From Candidatus Saccharimonadota bacterium (GTDB taxonomy: Bacteria > Patescibacteriota > Microgenomatia > UBA1406 > GWC2-37-13): a stretch of DNA of 32,000 bases. The translations under genes were made by a program, and so were the position numbers. Positions within the stretch are counted from its first letter, which is position 1, and every line of letters starts with the position of its first letter. The stretch covers positions 180,001 to 212,000 of the forward strand of contig CP066689.1 in the NCBI GenBank assembly GCA_016432445.1, in the 5' to 3' direction. Shown here in pieces: positions 31,149-32,000 of this stretch. Below the pieces are notes generated by a model. That model did no database searches, had not been told where the DNA came from, and saw only the letters and a program-made list of their open reading frames with translations.

Positions 31149-31445
31149 TTAAAATGGCAATGGACCTAAATTAAATATTACGCCTAGTAATCTTATAACT
31201 AAAAAACTTGAAAGTATCACTACAAATCCTATTATAGCGTAAATAAAAAGCTGTTGAATTTTTTTAAGGTTTTCTGTCTTGCCTTGACTGTTTATGTATA
31301 GGAAACCAGCATAAACAATCATTCCAAAAAAAATAATTCCGCCTCCAATCATTAATACTGGTGTAATGAGATTTAATAATGAAGCAATAGTCCCAAATTT
31401 TGCCGGCTGAAAGGAAGTAGGGTTTATGAATGGCGTTGGACTCAT
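31149..31445 (-). CDS. TrbC/VirB2-type pilin-like protein, paralog 3
   Basis: IGGGIIFFGMIVYAGFLYINSQGKTENLKKIQQLFIYAIIGFVVIL, the same block. 1-3 nt gaps between the three genes. Confidence 0.6.
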   Translation of the reverse strand: MSPTPFINPTSFQPAKFGTIASLLNLITPVLMIGGGIIFFGMIVYAGFLYINSQGKTENLKKIQQLFIYAIIGFVVILSSFLVIRLLGVIFNLGPLPF

Positions 31446-31544
31446 TTTATGAGTGTATTACAATTGCAGTTTGAAGTCAATAATAATACTTCACCCAGAA
31501 CCCAAAACCCAGAACAGTCTTTTTGTTATATAATATTGATTGTT

Positions 31545-32000
31545 ATGTTTAGTCCTTCATTTAGAATTACTAATAAAATTTTAACAAACATATCAAAAAT
31601 TGAGGCGGCGGCTGAGGTAATAAGACATTCTCCTCTTCTTCCTCTTTGGGAGAAACAGTTTAAAGAAGATGCTATTGTCAGATCAGTTTATCATGGAACT
31701 CATATTGAAGGGAATATGCTTGCGAAAGACGAAGCTAAAGATATTCTTTTAGGAAAAGAAGTGATGGGTAGATCCAGAGATATTCAGGAAATTATTAATT
31801 ACAGAAAAGTTATTGAGTTTATTGATGAGGAGGCTAAAAAGAAAATAGAAAAATTTACTGAACCTTTAATAAAAAAAATACATCGTCTTATCGCCAATAA
31901 TGTTTTATCTCAAGAACTAGTAGGGGAGTATAGATTAAAACAGGTAGTTATCCGTAACTCCCAAACTGGAGAAGTGACTTTTCGTCCTCCTCCTCCGGTT
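31545..32000 (+). CDS. Fic/DOC family protein, N-terminal part (runs off the window)
   Basis: Absent from the ORF track (no stop in the window). My translation from ATG 31545: MFSPSFRITNKILTNISKIEAAAEVIRHSPLLPLWEKQFKEDAIVRSVYHGTHIEGNMLAKDEAKDIL..., the typical Fic N-terminal domain (i..s..IEGn.l). The HPFxDGNGR motif would lie beyond the window. Confidence 0.7.
   Translation, partial: MFSPSFRITNKILTNISKIEAAAEVIRHSPLLPLWEKQFKEDAIVRSVYHGTHIEGNMLAKDEAKDILLGKEVMGRSRDIQEIINYRKVIEFIDEEAKKKIEKFTEPLIKKIHRLIANNVLSQELVGEYRLKQVVIRNSQTGEVTFRPPPPV

Overview
AT-rich window (about one third GC by eye), tightly packed, standard genetic code (TGA, TAA and TAG all terminate recognisable genes). Many genes have no Shine-Dalgarno. 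Gene content suggests a small-genome bacterium, possibly CPR/Patescibacteria (inference only).

Layout:
- 1-10318, minus strand: era, then a purine de novo operon, purF-purH-purL(large-type, no glutaminase domain)-purQ-HAD hydrolase-P-loop ATPase-purP. purP is the archaeal-type formate-dependent FAICAR synthetase. It is missing from the ORF track because it runs off the window edge.
- 10339-12529: ECF sigma factor plus membrane and secreted proteins.
- 12.7-16.7 kb, accessory patch: a frameshifted HTH/LAGLIDADG-like gene whose stop lies inside tRNA-Gln(UUG); two GIY-YIG paralogs with a conserved leader bracketing a sortase + LPETG-substrate pair; a decayed HigB/Gp49-like toxin with an XRE antitoxin remnant.
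- 16.7-24.6 kb, envelope genes: MFS transporter, YggT-like, YtxH-like, SGNH hydrolase, GH18 hydrolase, D,D-carboxypeptidase, and a modular Cys-rich secreted protein. They are separated by unusually structured intergenic regions.
- 25.3-32.0 kb: small membrane proteins, a holin-like protein + DUF2130 pair, an orphan 5S rRNA, a bPH-like/membrane/573-aa triad, three tandem TrbC/VirB2-type pilin paralogs, and a partial Fic gene.

Most notable sequence-level observations:
1. A 33-nt GC-rich hairpin element sits in frame inside purQ, purL and era.
2. 11-bp-phased TCTTACM direct repeats lie upstream of three consecutive envelope transcription units.
3. A GATC-dense ~30-bp inverted-repeat cassette is duplicated after two stop codons.
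4. A Shine-Dalgarno-rich leader or sRNA candidate ends in a 14-bp hairpin.

No CRISPR array and no transposase were seen. All family assignments come from motif recognition by eye. No searches were run.
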